Of a stretch of 64,000 nucleotides of DNA, positions 28,405-41,349 are shown one piece after another. The notes under the pieces are model-generated. The model saw only the letters and a list, made by a program, of their open reading frames with translations. It was not told where the DNA came from and searched no databases. Made by a program: the position numbers and the translations under genes. This DNA comes from Octopus sinensis (lineage: Eukaryota). Each line of letters opens with the position of its first letter. The first letter of the stretch is position 1. The stretch lies in contig NC_043000.1 of the NCBI RefSeq assembly GCF_006345805.1, forward strand, positions 38,626,001 through 38,690,000, read 5' to 3'.

Positions 28405-28950
28405 AGAAATTTAAAGTATTTATTTATTTATTGCAATGTTCCACTTGAAGAGATGCTCACCGATGACAGCAGGAAAAATGGCAGGCTGGAAATTCCAAAG
28501 GGCTGCTATTCAGGGAAGGAAAGGACTGTGGCTAATGTAAAAGGACTGTCGTTAATAAAAAATTACTGTGGTTAATGCAAAGGGACTGAGATTAATTTGA
28601 AAGGACTGCGGTTAATGTAAGAGCAGGAGTTGGACAAAATATGGGTAACACAGCAACGAAAGACAAATAAATTAGATTTGCCTTAGGGAAGGAGGTATGA
28701 AACTCACTAGTTTAGAGCCTTAAAAGCCATTGTACTTGCAACAGAAATGGCAGAAATTGGGGACAATATGTCTGGGAGACGGGGGTTAAAATCCGTTGGG
28801 GGAGCAACTTTTTGATGATTAGCCGAATGACCAATTATTGGATGCCAATGTTTCGAAATCTAACACGTGTGTTAGACATCGGCAAAGTTACAGGTTTAGG
28901 GAGAAATAATCAATTGTGAACTTCCACTGACTTAGAGGAAATTTTGTAGT
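28405..28950 (-). mobile_element. Heavily decayed CR1/L2-group LINE remnant
   Basis: Terminal HSPFLP*IAALWNFQPAIFPAV...LFKWNI resembles the SF.PRT..LWN.LP..FP...FK end of these ORF2s. The upstream part is only suggestive. Confidence 0.45.
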
Positions 28951-29383
28951 TGCTGAAAATTGTTCAGATTCTGAACAGAGAGTAGACTCTTCATAGTACA
29001 ATCTTCTCCCTCCCTCCCTCCCTACCTACCTACCTACCTACCTACCTACTACCTAGCAACTAAATACCTAACATCTACCATCCTAACTATCTATCTATCT
29101 ATCTATTAATCTTCTGTCCAACTATCTGATAAGCCATCTACCTAGGTAGTTAACTAGCTCTGTGTGTGTGTGTGTTTGCGCGCGTGTGTGTGTATGCGTC
29201 TGTTTCTATGTCTTTGTATGTATGCATGCATTAATTTTTTATTTCTTTGGAATTCATGACTCAGTCACTGTTCCAACAATATATTGAATATATACAGTAT
29301 TTTTTCCTCACATTAGCATACGTACACATACACAAATACATACACACGTACACATACACACACATACACACACGTGCATACAA

Positions 29384-29427
<44 letters not shown>

Positions 29428-29430
<3 letters not shown>

Positions 29431-29692
29431 TGGTATTTTTATATAAGCTTAAAGCTCATGGCGATCACGTTGCAATGACAAAGGAAATGGTCTAATAAAG
29501 GGGCACATAAGCTCACGACAGAAAATACAAAGCTTTCCTAGTCGTGTTAACAAAGGGATGTGGGTTCGATTCCCTCGCGAATAGGAAAGCTTTCTTTTTG
29601 CTGTCGTCGGTTATATGCCCCTTTATTAGACAAGTTTTGCTAGTAATTGCACGGTCATCGCTATGAGATTTAAGCTTATATAAATACCATTA
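29428..29692. repeat. MITE-like fold-back: ~113-bp inverted arms around a 41-bp spacer
   Basis: taatggtattt..ataagcttaaa...aaagctttccta / taggaaagcttt...tttaagcttatataaataccatta. Confidence 0.8.
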
Positions 29693-29760
29693 TTATTATT
29701 TGCCATATATTAAAACCATTCGTATATTAAACCATAGAGATAGCTATCTATCTAGCTAAC

Positions 29761-29838
<78 letters not shown>

Positions 29839-30399
29839 TACTCATATGTGTGCAAGCGAAAACGAGACCGAAGAAACGTGGCACTAATTATACTTCTATA
29901 TGAGGGAAAGTTCTTCACAATCTTCAACCAAAATTGGAGGAGACTTTATAACTAAGGAACCAAAACTGTAATTGTCCTCATCGCTCAGTAGAAAATGGAG
30001 AATATAGCTGAAGAGAACAAACAGCTTGAAATACATGTATTTTCTTCTGCAACTGTTTATTTCAAGTCTCAGATAATCCAAAACCTTCAGAAAATTAATG
30101 GCTTTGCCTTCTACTCGCTGGTAAGATAATTTTTCCTGCATAGATATTCTTAATATATTTTGCAAACTTGCATTGCATAAAGGTTGAAGAATTTCCAGAG
30201 AATAAATTGAAAGCAATTTTTGAAGTAGAAAACTCTCAAAAGGTTAATCATGCAAAAGTTGTCAAGAATCTCCGTTGTTGTCCAGCCAACCAGTCTTGAA
30301 GGTGTATAAGATAATTGGAATCATAGTAACGTAATCTTTTCTAAGAATAATGTCGAAAGCCATATTCTGTTATAGGTCTCATGATTAAAAAGTAGCAAT

Positions 30400-30448
30400 G
30401 ATAATAGCAATAATGATAATGATAACAACAACAACAGTAACAATAGGA

Positions 30449-30522
<74 letters not shown>

Positions 30523-30691
30523 CAGAGCATCACAACAAATCACAACACATACCCAAGGCACACAGAGCTGCGCTCGGTAGTGAAGTGAAAGCACGCTATA
30601 AAGATAAAACTACTGAATAATAATAATAATAATAACAACAACAATAACAATAACAACAACAACAACAACAAAAATAACAATAATAATAATG

Positions 30692-30723
<32 letters not shown>
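30400..30723. repeat. (AAT)n/(AAC)n arrays (also 31626-31684, 59959-59994, 60418-60578)
   Basis: Direct inspection. Confidence 0.97.
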
Positions 30724-30724
<1 letters not shown>

Positions 30725-30725
30725 T

Positions 30726-31626
30726 GTGGCCCATAGCAAACAAGCTGATGTCGACCAGAAACACACGCACCAATGGTTACGAAGCTCAGGGCTAAAAGCA
30801 GAGAGTGAAGGTTTCATATTAGCTGCTCAAGACCAAAGCTTATTAACTCGGAACTACCAAGCTAATGTGATGAAAAATGGAGCTGGCCCAAAATGCCGAT
30901 TCTGTAACGATGAGATTGAAACAATAGACCACTTAATTTCAGGGTGTAGAGTCTTAGCACCTGCAGAATATAAAGCAAGACATGACAGAGTCGGCCAGTA
31001 TTTACATTGGACAATACGTCGGCATTATAAAATCAAAACTGCTGACAAATGGTATAAACACCATCCTGAAGCTGTGACTGAGGGAGAAAATGTGTCGATT
31101 CTATGGGACTTCCCCGTACAGACCGACAGGACTATAAAAGCTAATAAACCGGATATCATTATAAAAGATCAGACAAAAAGGATGTGTTTATTAATTGACA
31201 TGAGTATTCCCTGTGATCACAATATAGCGGCGAAAGAATTTGACAAGATTAGTAAATATAAAGACCTGCTAATAGAAATTGAAAAAATGTGGCATCTCAA
31301 AGCGACTACAGTACCAGTGATTGTAGCATCTCTAGGAATGATAAAAAAAGGTACTGAAACCTATTTGAAAATGATTCCAGGCTTACCATCCCTACAGGAA
31401 GTGCAAAAAATAGTATTAACTGGAACGGCTCATGTACTGAGAAGAGCACTATCGCTGTGAAAATAACATCCATCGATGAATTTATTTATTTATTAATTTT
31501 TAAACATATTTTATCTGTGAATTTGCGCCTGTAATCTGGGAATGCATACAATGCCCTTCTCTGCCCTAGGTGTATGGAAAACACTCGGCGAGAAACGGAG
31601 GAACATTTGAAGAAAAAGGAAAAAAC

Positions 31627-31640
<14 letters not shown>
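30726..31640 (+). mobile_element. 5'-truncated R4/Dong-like non-LTR retrotransposon: 244-aa open C-terminus (CCHC knuckle + restriction-like endonuclease) and 3' UTR
   Basis: ORF 30726-31460 contains CRFC..ETIDHLISGC, ARHDRV, KPDIIIKD, LIDMSIP and KISKYKDL (PD-(D/E)xK RLE). (AAT)n lies on both sides. Confidence 0.9.
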
Positions 31641-31676
<36 letters not shown>

Positions 31677-31684
31677 TAATAATA

Positions 31685-32228
31685 GTAAGGATACCAAGCA
31701 GAGGGTCGCATGGCTTTTGATCTTAACTGATTGGAAGCGTTATCATGTACATTGTTTTGTCTTGGTATAAAAGATAGGCTACAGCAAACATTTTGTTCAA
31801 TACCACAGATTTGCCTGTCATTTGCTGACCGTAACCGGTTGAGCATGTCCCTTAATGGCTGACGATATGTGCATCTCTGATCACGAGCAGAAATAGTGGA
31901 GGAGCATTATAGCCATGTATCGAGAGGAATTCGTTGAGGTCTGAATAATTCACCTCTGAAAACAAGGGTATTTTGTTCATCATCCTTAAACAACCCTCAT
32001 TCTGGGACCTTTTGAGCGGGATGGGCTACTCAACTTAAAAAATATTCTAACTAGGCCCCCACCACCTGTAAGGTCATGTGCTGTTCCTCTTGTTATAAGA
32101 TCACCATGTCGTACACAGATGGTTGTGATGCATGTGCCTGGTGTACTCGTATCAAACAGGTAGTCATGATGGATATATTAGGCTTCGTATATTTGTATCC
32201 CAATGTTGTCTTGATGGCATGTGCTGTC
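31685..32228 (+). mobile_element. ~540-bp non-coding (AAT)n-associated interspersed element
   Basis: Flanked by (AAT)n on both sides. Homologous in reverse to 59420-59958 and 59995-60417. Confidence 0.8.
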
Positions 32229-32544
32229 AATAATAATAATAATGAGCTCTACATCTTGGTTAATAATCTTACTAGAGATGATGTCTCGATAAAAATACCG
32301 GTTGGTGGCTTACCTTAAAACACAAACCTCAATATTGAGTGGAAATATTTAATACAAATTTATCGAATAATGGTGTTAAGGAAGTTGGAACCAAGGGTGA
32401 AAGCCTTTCGCCCGGCAGGTGGCCTGTGGTTGAGCAGTGCAGGACTGGTCGTCATTCTGATACTTCATATACCCAAAGCCAGGGGCAGAGAAGAAGGTGA
32501 GATAAGTAGGCAAACTAAACGGTTATTGAATGTTAGTTCAGAAG

Positions 32545-32760
32545 CGAATAGAGTGTCCAGTAGAACTGTTACAAAAGGTTTGCCTCCTTGGCACAGTTAG
32601 AATAAAGAAAGTATTAGATAGCTGACAAGAACGGGTAGCATGGTACTGTAGACTGCGGGTAGTAAACCCGCTCCACATACAAGACTCCAGGAGTTCCAAA
32701 AAGACTGTGATAAAAAGAAATAATAATAAGAAGAAGAACAACAACAACAGCAACAACAAC
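32545..32760 (+). mobile_element. R4/Dong-like LINE extreme 3' end
   Basis: IECPVELLQKVCLLGTVRIKKVLDS* followed by a UTR and AAT/AAC repeats. Confidence 0.75.
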
Positions 32761-32774
32761 GACAATAATAATAA

Positions 32775-33430
32775 TGATAAAGTATAACATCTATATAACT
32801 TCTGACACCCAGAAATGCAGACTCTGTGGAAAGAGCGTGGAAGATGTGACCCACTTGGTAAGTGGATATGAGAGTCTTGCAAAAAAAGAATACAAGCGCC
32901 GCCACGATAAAGTGTGTGTGTCTCTTTATTGGTTCTTTTGTTGTAAATACCAATATGAAGTAACAGAGAACTGGTATGAGAATGTAGCAAGTAAAGTTAT
33001 GCAGGAAGATGGAAAAATAACGATACTCTGGGACTATGATTTTCAGACGGATCGTGTAATCGAACACCGTCGGCCATATTGATTAAGTGAAAAAACAAAT
33101 ACTGTCAGATCATTGATGTAGCCATACCAAATGACATGACTATTGTGAGTAAAGGGGTTGAAAAAATCACCAAGTTCTCCGAACTGAAATTGGAGATGAC
33201 AAGACTGTATGGAATGCATGAGGGTAAAAGTGATACCAGTGGTGATCGGAGCGTTGGGCACAATCCCATTGAAACTTCAAGACTTCTTAAGGCAACTGGA
33301 AATCCCATGCAAGATTGATGTTTTTCAAAAAGCAGCTTTATTGGGTGAAGCGCATATGTTAAGTAAACTATTATCTGTCTGAGGTCCTTGTGGTTTGTCT
33401 GATGACTAATGACTCCGGTGCATATTTACC
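32775..33430 (+). mobile_element. R4/Dong-like LINE fragment, frameshifted CCHC + RLE
   Basis: KCRLCGKSVEDVTHLVSG, KRRHDKVC, ILWDYDFQTDRVIEHRRP, then a frameshifted FQKAALLG-type C-terminus. Confidence 0.85.
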
Positions 33431-33479
33431 TACACTGCGTTACCAAGGAATAATAATATTCTTTTCGTGAAATACTACA

Positions 33480-34500
33480 GAAAACAAAGTTGGGGTATGA
33501 TCTGGGAAGAGGTAAGGGAAAACTGAACCACTTGCTATCCATGGACGACCTGAAGCTATTCACAAAAACTGAGGCAGAACTGGACAGCCTAGTTCTGTCA
33601 ATGCAGATTTTCTTCAATGCTATTAAGATGGAGATTGGACTCTCAAAATGTGCTACGATAGTGATGAGATAAAGAAAGCTTGCCAGGACAGAATGCATAT
33701 GGTTGCCAAATGGTGAAATGATGATGGCAATTCAATTTCAATCCAGCCATATATACCTGGGAATACTTGAGGCACATTGCTTGTGACAGATAGGAACGAG
33801 AGTGTATTGAGAGCAGAGAAAAAAAGGGAAAGCAAAGGAAGGGGTGCAAAAAGGACATAAAGAAGAACTACGCGACAAGGGACTTCACAATCAACCAATT
33901 AGCCAGAGCGGAAGTTGCCGGGGAAAATAGGTGGGATTGGCTGATGAAGGGAACACTAAAAAAAGAGACCTAGAGCTCTAAGCTCAAAAAAAGATTTGGC
34001 TACGAATTGAAGAGTCAACCTTAGTCTCCGCTAATTTGCAATAGTGTGGATGAAACCATTGTCTGTGTCACGAAGGAATGCCCTAGACTTGTTTAAAACC
34101 ACTACAAGTTGTGGTGACATGATCAGGTAGCGAAAGGGTACTTTTGAAAGTTCGAAAAGCGGGGCCTTGAGAGAATAGAAGGAAGGCAAAAAAAAAACAC
34201 ACACACACACTAAAAAAGAAATGCACAATTCTATTTGGTACGAGATAACCCGTCTATGGAAAGCGAAGGTTAAGACAGTGCCAATTATTGTAAGATGCTT
34301 TGGTACAATATCAAAAGGCATCAAGAGGAATATTAAGGAAATCGGAATAGAGTTTCCGGTGTTACAAAAGGTTTTCCTCTTCGACACGGCCAGATTAATC
34401 GGAAAAGTATTAGATAACTGAAAAGAACAGATGGCATGATACGGTTGGGTGCGGGCAGCAAACCCTCTACGCGTGCAAGACTCCAGGAGTTACAACAAAA
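33480..34500 (+). mobile_element. Decayed R4/Dong-like LINE: RT motif through RLE C-terminus, internally deleted
   Basis: LNHLLSMDDLKLF (RT catalytic motif), then RLWKAKVKTVPIIVRCFGTI...LQKVFLFDTARLIGKVLDN, ending in AAC repeats. Confidence 0.8.
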
Positions 34501-34559
34501 TTTGAAACAAAACGAATAGCTAACAACAAAAACAACAACGATAACAAAAGTAGGGTCTG

Positions 34560-34925
34560 AAAAGCACATTAAAATGGTACGAGCGTAAACCAGAAGGTGT
34601 TACCAATCGATGTTGGACGGCCAGACATTGTTGGAGTTGATAAATTAATGAAGGAAACCAAGATGAAAGACATTGCCATATTTGGAGATTTGAAATGAGT
34701 GGATGACAAAGAAGTAGAAAAAATTGAGAAGTAGAAGCTAGTAATAGACGAAATTGCAGGAAGAGTAATTGTCATCAGAGCAGAAGTAGAAACATTAGGA
34801 GCGATAACAACCAGGTTTGCAAAATTTATTGGAGAAATTCGGATCAACATGAGGGTAGAAGATGATGAGAAAGATGTGTTAGTGGGGACAGCGAAGATTA
34901 TGATATGGGTATTTGGATGGGAAGA
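34560..34925 (+). mobile_element. Old R4/Dong-like RLE fragment
   Basis: Decayed GRPDIVGVDK...DIAI...KIEK motif, followed by AAT/AGT/AGC/GAA arrays. Confidence 0.65.
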
Positions 34926-34939
34926 CGATAAATAATAGT

Positions 34940-34996
<57 letters not shown>

Positions 34997-35090
34997 CAGC
35001 AGCAGCAGAAGCAGCAAGAGAAGGAGGAGGAGGAGAAGAAGAAGAAGAAGAAGAGGAAGAAAAGAAGAAGAAGAAGAAGAAGAAGAAGAA

Positions 35091-35137
<47 letters not shown>

Positions 35138-35180
35138 AGAAGAAGAAGAAGAAGAAGAAGAAGAAGAAGAAGAAGAAGAA
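34926..35180. repeat. Compound AAT-AGT-AGC-(GAA)n array (another (GAA)n at 63827-63905)
   Basis: Direct inspection. Confidence 0.97.
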
Positions 35181-35401
35181 ATCTCTGCAGTGAAATCGAA
35201 GGAATTGCTAAACCCTGGTAAATAACAAAGATCCTTTCACGTGCAGAAATTTATTCGTTAAAAGAAGAAAGAAGCATTAGTTCCCTCCTGGCATCAAAAT
35301 GAAGGATCGAAGTAATGAAATGGTCGCATAAACGTTAAACAGTTGTCGATGCATGAAGGGTGGCTGTGATAATTTCTCATCTGTTGATATTTATAATTTT
35401 T

Positions 35402-35800
35402 AAGGCGGCGAGCTGGCAGAAGCGTTAGCATGCCGGGAGAAATGCTTAGCGGTATTTCGTCTGCCGCTACGTTCTGAGTTCAAATTCCGCTGAGGTCGAT
35501 TTTGCCTTTCATCCGTTCGGGGTCTATTAAATAAGTACCAGTTATGCACTGGGTTCGATGTAATCTACTTAATCCGTTTGTCTGCCCTTGTTTGTCCCCT
35601 CTGTGTTTAGCCCCTTGTGGGTAGTAAAGAAATAGGTATTTTTCGTGGTCCGTTACGTTCTTAGGCCAAATTCCGCCGAGGTCGACTTTGCCTTTCATCC
35701 TTTCGGGGTCGATAAATTAAGTACCCGTTGTGTACTGGAGTCGATTTAATTGACTATCCCACCCTGCCCCAAAATGTCGGGCCTTGTGCCTAGAGAAGAA
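35402..35800 (+). mobile_element. SINE family A dimer
   Basis: Second unit at 35635. Confidence 0.85.
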
Positions 35801-36468
35801 AAAAAAAGATATACAGATTGACACATTATAGGACATATTTTAGATGCAATTCGGATTTAAACAAGCGTTTCTTATTTCTTTTTGCTTTTTTTTTACGAGG
35901 TAAAGTGTGTAGCGCATAGTTATAGAAAGTTTAGCAGTAAACATTTTTGCCACAGGAAAATTCACAGGAGAAATTTCATTTTAAATGACCTCATCACGTG
36001 TTTTTTAATGTTTGTGTTGAATAAAAACTTGCATAATTAATTCTTTTATTAAGCTTTTTATCATTCTTCCCTTTTTATTATATTAAAAAAAAAACGTTAA
36101 TGTAATACGCTATATCATTGTCGTCACGACGAATTTTCCGGACACGATGACCCATAACGAAGGTGTGTGCTCCAACATTTTATGACGCCTTGTAATAACA
36201 CATGAGTCTTTGATGATCATCTGTGGAGGTATCATGGTCTATAGTTTAGATGGTGAATGTTTAGGCCACGAAAACTAGATATATGCAAAATAATGAATAT
36301 AATTTCACATTTAATGGAACTTTTACTAGCATTAAGCACAATGTTAATGGATGAAAAACCGGTTGAAAGCTGATATTATGGTGGAATGAACGCGAAGTCT
36401 GTCACAATACTCAAGTGACACACACAAATATGCCCACATATATACACACAGAATTCATGCATACACCT

Positions 36469-36506
<38 letters not shown>

Positions 36507-36625
36507 CATAAAATACATAATTACATATATGCGTATATATATACATATATATATATATATATGTATGTGTATATATATATACATAATAATAATAATATTA
36601 TAAGTAATAAGTAAATATATATAAG

Positions 36626-36660
<35 letters not shown>

Positions 36661-36887
36661 AATATATATATTTATATACATGTTTGTATGTGCGTATATG
36701 CGTGCGCGTGTATATTAGGAAACATGGTAGGTTTTATGTATTGAATAAACAAGTTAGAAATATTTATTCATTATACTCGAAATCTTTCCATTTTATCGAT
36801 TTTTTTCTTTTCGGCCGCCCAGTGTGAAGTGTGAAGATATCTGTTTTGATTAAATATTAACCCTAAGTCAATTGCCGTATGTTATGC

Positions 36888-36939
<52 letters not shown>

Positions 36940-36950
36940 AACATATGTAT

Positions 36951-37022
<72 letters not shown>

Positions 37023-37896
37023 CTGTTAGTGACATACAGGCATCAAGTCGTTCCGGTAAGATTTTTGCCATGAAAATAAATTTAAATATGATTTTCTGTT
37101 CCATGAATAGTTAGTTATTTCTAGTCATGAATATATTCTTTATTTAAGAATCAAGGAAAAATAAAATAAAAACATGAATAAGATAACATAAAAATAAATT
37201 ATATTCATGTTTGTTATTTTATTCTCACTTTCGTTGATACGGCCATTATTTATTTCTGCACACATTTCGCCTGCATCCGAAATCTCCTCCATTTATGAGG
37301 AGGCAAGTAGAATAAATGTCGAAGAAGAGATCTCGTATATTATTGCTCTCAGTCATGGAACGGATTAAACAGAGAGAAATGGCGAGTGTTTAATATCTAT
37401 TCAAGCGCCTATGTTGCCTGTCGTGATTGCAGAATATAACGTTATGCTGGTTTAGTTTAAGTAAATCTAGTGTTCTGTTATGCTACGCCTTATTCATACA
37501 TTGGGAAAATTCCATTACAAACAAAAACTTTTGAATTTATATCTACAATGAATAAATGCAGTTCTGGTGATTTCCATTTAGAAAAAAATTGGATAAAACC
37601 TGCGGCAGGACTTTTGTTTCGAAAATGCAATACTGTATCGAAATACGATGAATTTTTTGCATAAACATTCAACATCTTTACATATAAACATGAATGCATA
37701 TATTCAGGTGCAGGGGTGGCTGTGTGGTAAGGAGCTTGCTTCCCAACAACATGGTTCCGGATTCAGTCCCACTGCGAGGCACCTTGGGCAAGTAACTTCT
37801 ACTATAGCCTCGAGGCAACCAATGTCTTGTGAGTGGATTTGGTTGACGGAAACTGAAAGAAGCTCGTCGTGTATATATATATATATATATATATTG

Positions 37897-38585
37897 TGGT
37901 GAAGCAATTAGCTGCCCCCTAATTATAATTATGTTTATAATTATAGAATATGTGTATAATTGTACCTATAAAGGTTATTCTAAAATACCAAGCTACTTGG
38001 TAAAATTATAAATTAATTGATTGATTAATTAATTAATTTTACTCTTTTATTATTAATTTGAAATTATAATTTACTCCATGATAGAATACCGCAGTTTTCT
38101 GCGGTACTGCTCGTAACGTACACGTGAGTACAAGGGATGAATAGTGTATTAACATTTGGCTGTGTAAATTTTGAAAGTGATGGTTGGATATCTGCTGCAC
38201 GCTGTCGCATTTTTAACTCTAGCACTTTCAAATTTTATAATTGGAAATGCTACACTGAAGAGAGGAGTAAGTAATTAAAACACTTTAACCTCGAAACGTG
38301 TTTGTGGCAAATGGGAGTCGGGAACATTCATCGTTTTTCTCTTTGCCTACGTAAAAAAGTGTGTTACTGTCGTGGAGATTCTTACAGTAGTAGAAAAGGA
38401 ATTTTTAACTCCTATTTCTAAATTCGGTATATGGTGAAGCAATTAGCTGACCCCTAATTATAATTATGTTTATAATTATAGAATATTTGTATAATTTTAG
38501 CTATAAAGGTTATTTTAACGTACAGAGCTACTTGGTAAACTTATTAATTAATTTAATTAATTAATTTTACCCTTTTATTATATTA
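37897..38585 (+). mobile_element. Partial-tandem (pLTR-like) element, 535-nt period, with a canonical-core minimal hammerhead
   Basis: ~160-bp direct repeats at 37897-38055 and 38432-38585, a hammerhead at 38248-38309, and (TA)n on both flanks. Confidence 0.65.
38248..38309 (+). ncRNA. Minimal type I hammerhead ribozyme motif
   Basis: TGCTACA CTGAAGA GAGG[23 nt]CCTC GAAA CGTG TT TGTGGCA: 7-bp stem I (one G-U), intact core, G-C-closed stem II, GUU triplet. Confidence 0.7.
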
Positions 38586-38616
38586 TGTATATATGTATAT
38601 ATGTATATATATATTA

Positions 38617-38679
<63 letters not shown>

Positions 38680-39609
38680 TATATTCTGTCTGTGTTTGTT
38701 CCTTGACTACCACTTGACAACTGATGTTGGTGTGTTTACGTCCCCGTAACTTAGTGGTCCGGCAAAAGAGATCGCTGGAATAAGTACTAGGCTTACAAAG
38801 AATAAGGCCTGGTGGCGATTCATTCGAATAAAGGCGGTGCTCCAGCAAGGCCGCAGTGAAATGACTGAAACGAATAAAAGAATATATATGGAGAGGTGCA
38901 AGCATGGTTGTGTGCGCAAGAAGCTCTCTTCCCAAAAACGTTGTTTCGTGTTTTGTCCTGTTGTGCGGCAATTTGGTCGTCTTCAGCTTTAACCCTAGAA
39001 TAACCATTGAGAGCTATTGACATGTCAGTGAATTTTATAAAGAGAAACTGTATGGATGTTCGTTGTATGCATACTCTTTTAAACGTTTCAGCCATTTGGC
39101 AGCGGCCATGCCGGAGCACTGCCTTTAGTCGAAGATATCGGCCCCAGGACTTATTCTTTGTAGGCTTAGTACTTATTCTGTCAGATTCTTTTGCTGAACC
39201 GCTAGGCTTCGGTTGTCAAGTGATGGTGGTGGTGTGTGTGTAGGGGGAGGCAAACACAGATACAAAGACGCACATACATAAATACACACACATACACACA
39301 CACACACACACACATATATTATATATGCACACACACACACCACACACCATATATATATATATATATAATATATATATATATATATTATATATATATATAT
39401 ACACGACAGGCTTCTTTCAGTTTCCGTTACCAAATCCACCCACAAGGCTTTGATCGGCCTGAGGTTATAGTAGAAGGAACTTTCCCAAGGTGTTACCTAG
39501 TGGGACTGAATCCGGAACCAAATGGTTGGGAAGCAAGCTTCTTATCACACAACCATGCCTGCGCCTCTGCGCCTCTGTGCCTGCACACACTCACGCCTAT
39601 ACATATATA

Positions 39610-40590
39610 CAAGAGTTGGAAAAAATAATGGGAACACCTTCAAATTTTCAAACAAATTTATTTTAATAACGGTTAGGACCACCTTTGGTAGTAATTACAG
39701 CTTGAATTCTATGAGGTTTTGACTCGTACAAAGTTTGAATGGTTTCCAAAGGAATTTTTGTCCATTCTTCAGCTAAAACTGTCTCCAGTTCTTGTAGTGA
39801 TGAGGGTGGATGAGATTGACTCCTTAATTGTTCTTCTAAAATACACCATAAATGTTCAATAATATTGAGATCTTAGGACTGTGGTGTCCAGATAAGATGT
39901 TCAACTTCACTAGAATTTTCTTCGTGCCATTCAGTAACAACTTCAGCTGTATGAATTGGTACTTTATCATCCTGAACGATTGTGTTTCCCCCCGGGAACT
40001 GTACTGCAAACATAGGATGAATTTGATCAGATGAAATGCTTAAATAGCCTTGACTATTAATTCTGCCATTAAGGGAAACCATTGGACCAGCGGATTCCCA
40101 AGATATAGATCCCCCGCCACAAGATCATCACAGATCCTCCTCCATGTTTAACAGAGAGAAGAAAGCAGTCTGGGGGAAATGCTTCTTTTAGCTGTCTCCA
40201 CACGTATACACGGCCAGTGGTCGGAAATAAGGCAAAGGATGACTCGTTCGAGAAAATAACAGTCTTCCACTGCTCTAGGGACCAATTCTGTAGGTTTTAA
40301 TTCCACTCTAAACGCTTCGCAACGTTTGTTTTTTAAAGTAGTGGTTTTCTGATTGCAGACCTCTCGTGAAATCCGGCTTTGTGCAGCTTCCGGTGAACAG
40401 TTTTTGTAGAAACGAGGTGATCATGAAGCTCTGCGGTAATTTTGGGAGCTGTACTTTTGTGATCCTTTCTAACAATTTGCGTAAGAGTCCGACGGTCCCT
40501 ATCTAAGAGTTTTGAAACGTTATTGCTGAATTTGTGCACCCGTAAATTTGCGGTTGGGGAAACGACACCGACAGAAAAATGTACCAAGCT
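39610..40590 (-). mobile_element. Decayed Tc1-family DNA transposon (DD34E transposase pseudogene, one TIR)
   Basis: HTH-like DRDRRTLTQIVRKDHKSTAPKITAEL...RKPLL, WKTVIFSNES, QDDKVPIH, WTPQS-PDLNIIEHLW and C-terminal AVITTKGGPNRY*. TA followed by caagagttggaaaaaataatgggaacacc at 39608. Contains stops and frameshifts. Confidence 0.88.
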
Positions 40591-40594
40591 TAAA

Positions 40595-40967
40595 AACATG
40601 ATATAAACACACGAGTTCGATGTGTTCGAGTCAAATACTTCAAGTTAGTGCTCCAGGATGGCCGTAGTTCAATGACTGAGCCAAATAATAAAAGGAAAGG
40701 TAAAGATAATGATACAAAATTAGTGTGAGCCAGTTGTGTGTATAGGGGCAGGAGTGGAGGAAATTTACTTCCCAACAACATGGTGCCGGGTTCAGTCCCA
40801 CTGCGTGACACCTTCGGAAGTGTCTTCTACTACAGTCACGCACCGATATTGTAAGTGGATTTGGTAGACGGAAACAGAAAGTATTCCATCGTATACACAC
40901 ACACAAATAAAAAAACATATACACACAAACAGAGTTATGTATGTACTGATGTATATATTTATGTGTG

Positions 40968-41002
<35 letters not shown>

Positions 41003-41240
41003 GTACGTGAGTACGTGTGTATGTATATATGTATGTATGCTCATGTCTATATATATGCATGTGTGCGTGTTTGTGTGAGTCTTTATTCGTATGTCTGTCC
41101 CCCGCTACCACTTGACAAAGGTATCAATAAAGTTAGTACGAGGCTTCAAAAAAGTAAGTAATGAAGTTGATTCGTTCGACTACAATTCTTCAAGACAGTG
41201 CCCCATCATGGCTACAGTCTAATGACTGAAACAAGTCAAA
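40595..41240. mobile_element. SINE B pieces (40595-40720 -, 40745-41240 +)
   Basis: The head gcaggagtgg...gggttcagtcccactgcgtgacacctt truncates the Tc1 remnant. Confidence 0.75.
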
Positions 41241-41349
41241 AATAATATGTGTGTAATTGCGCGTGTATTTGTAAAGTCCTCTTCCTTTAAATACTGACAA
41301 GAGGTGCATCTGCTTATGCAAATCTATGTTGCCAAATCAAATGTTTCTT

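Larger units (their letters stand above)
37706..39565. mobile_element. Cluster of SINE B pieces (37706-37872 +, 38690-39065 +, 39080-39565 -)
   Basis: Head and body motifs of family B. Confidence 0.75.

Noticed and set aside
29896-30216. 106-aa ORF with faint piggyBac-like RRK..YFKLF..SYILH
   Set aside because: No DDD catalytic motifs, TTAA site or TIRs were found.
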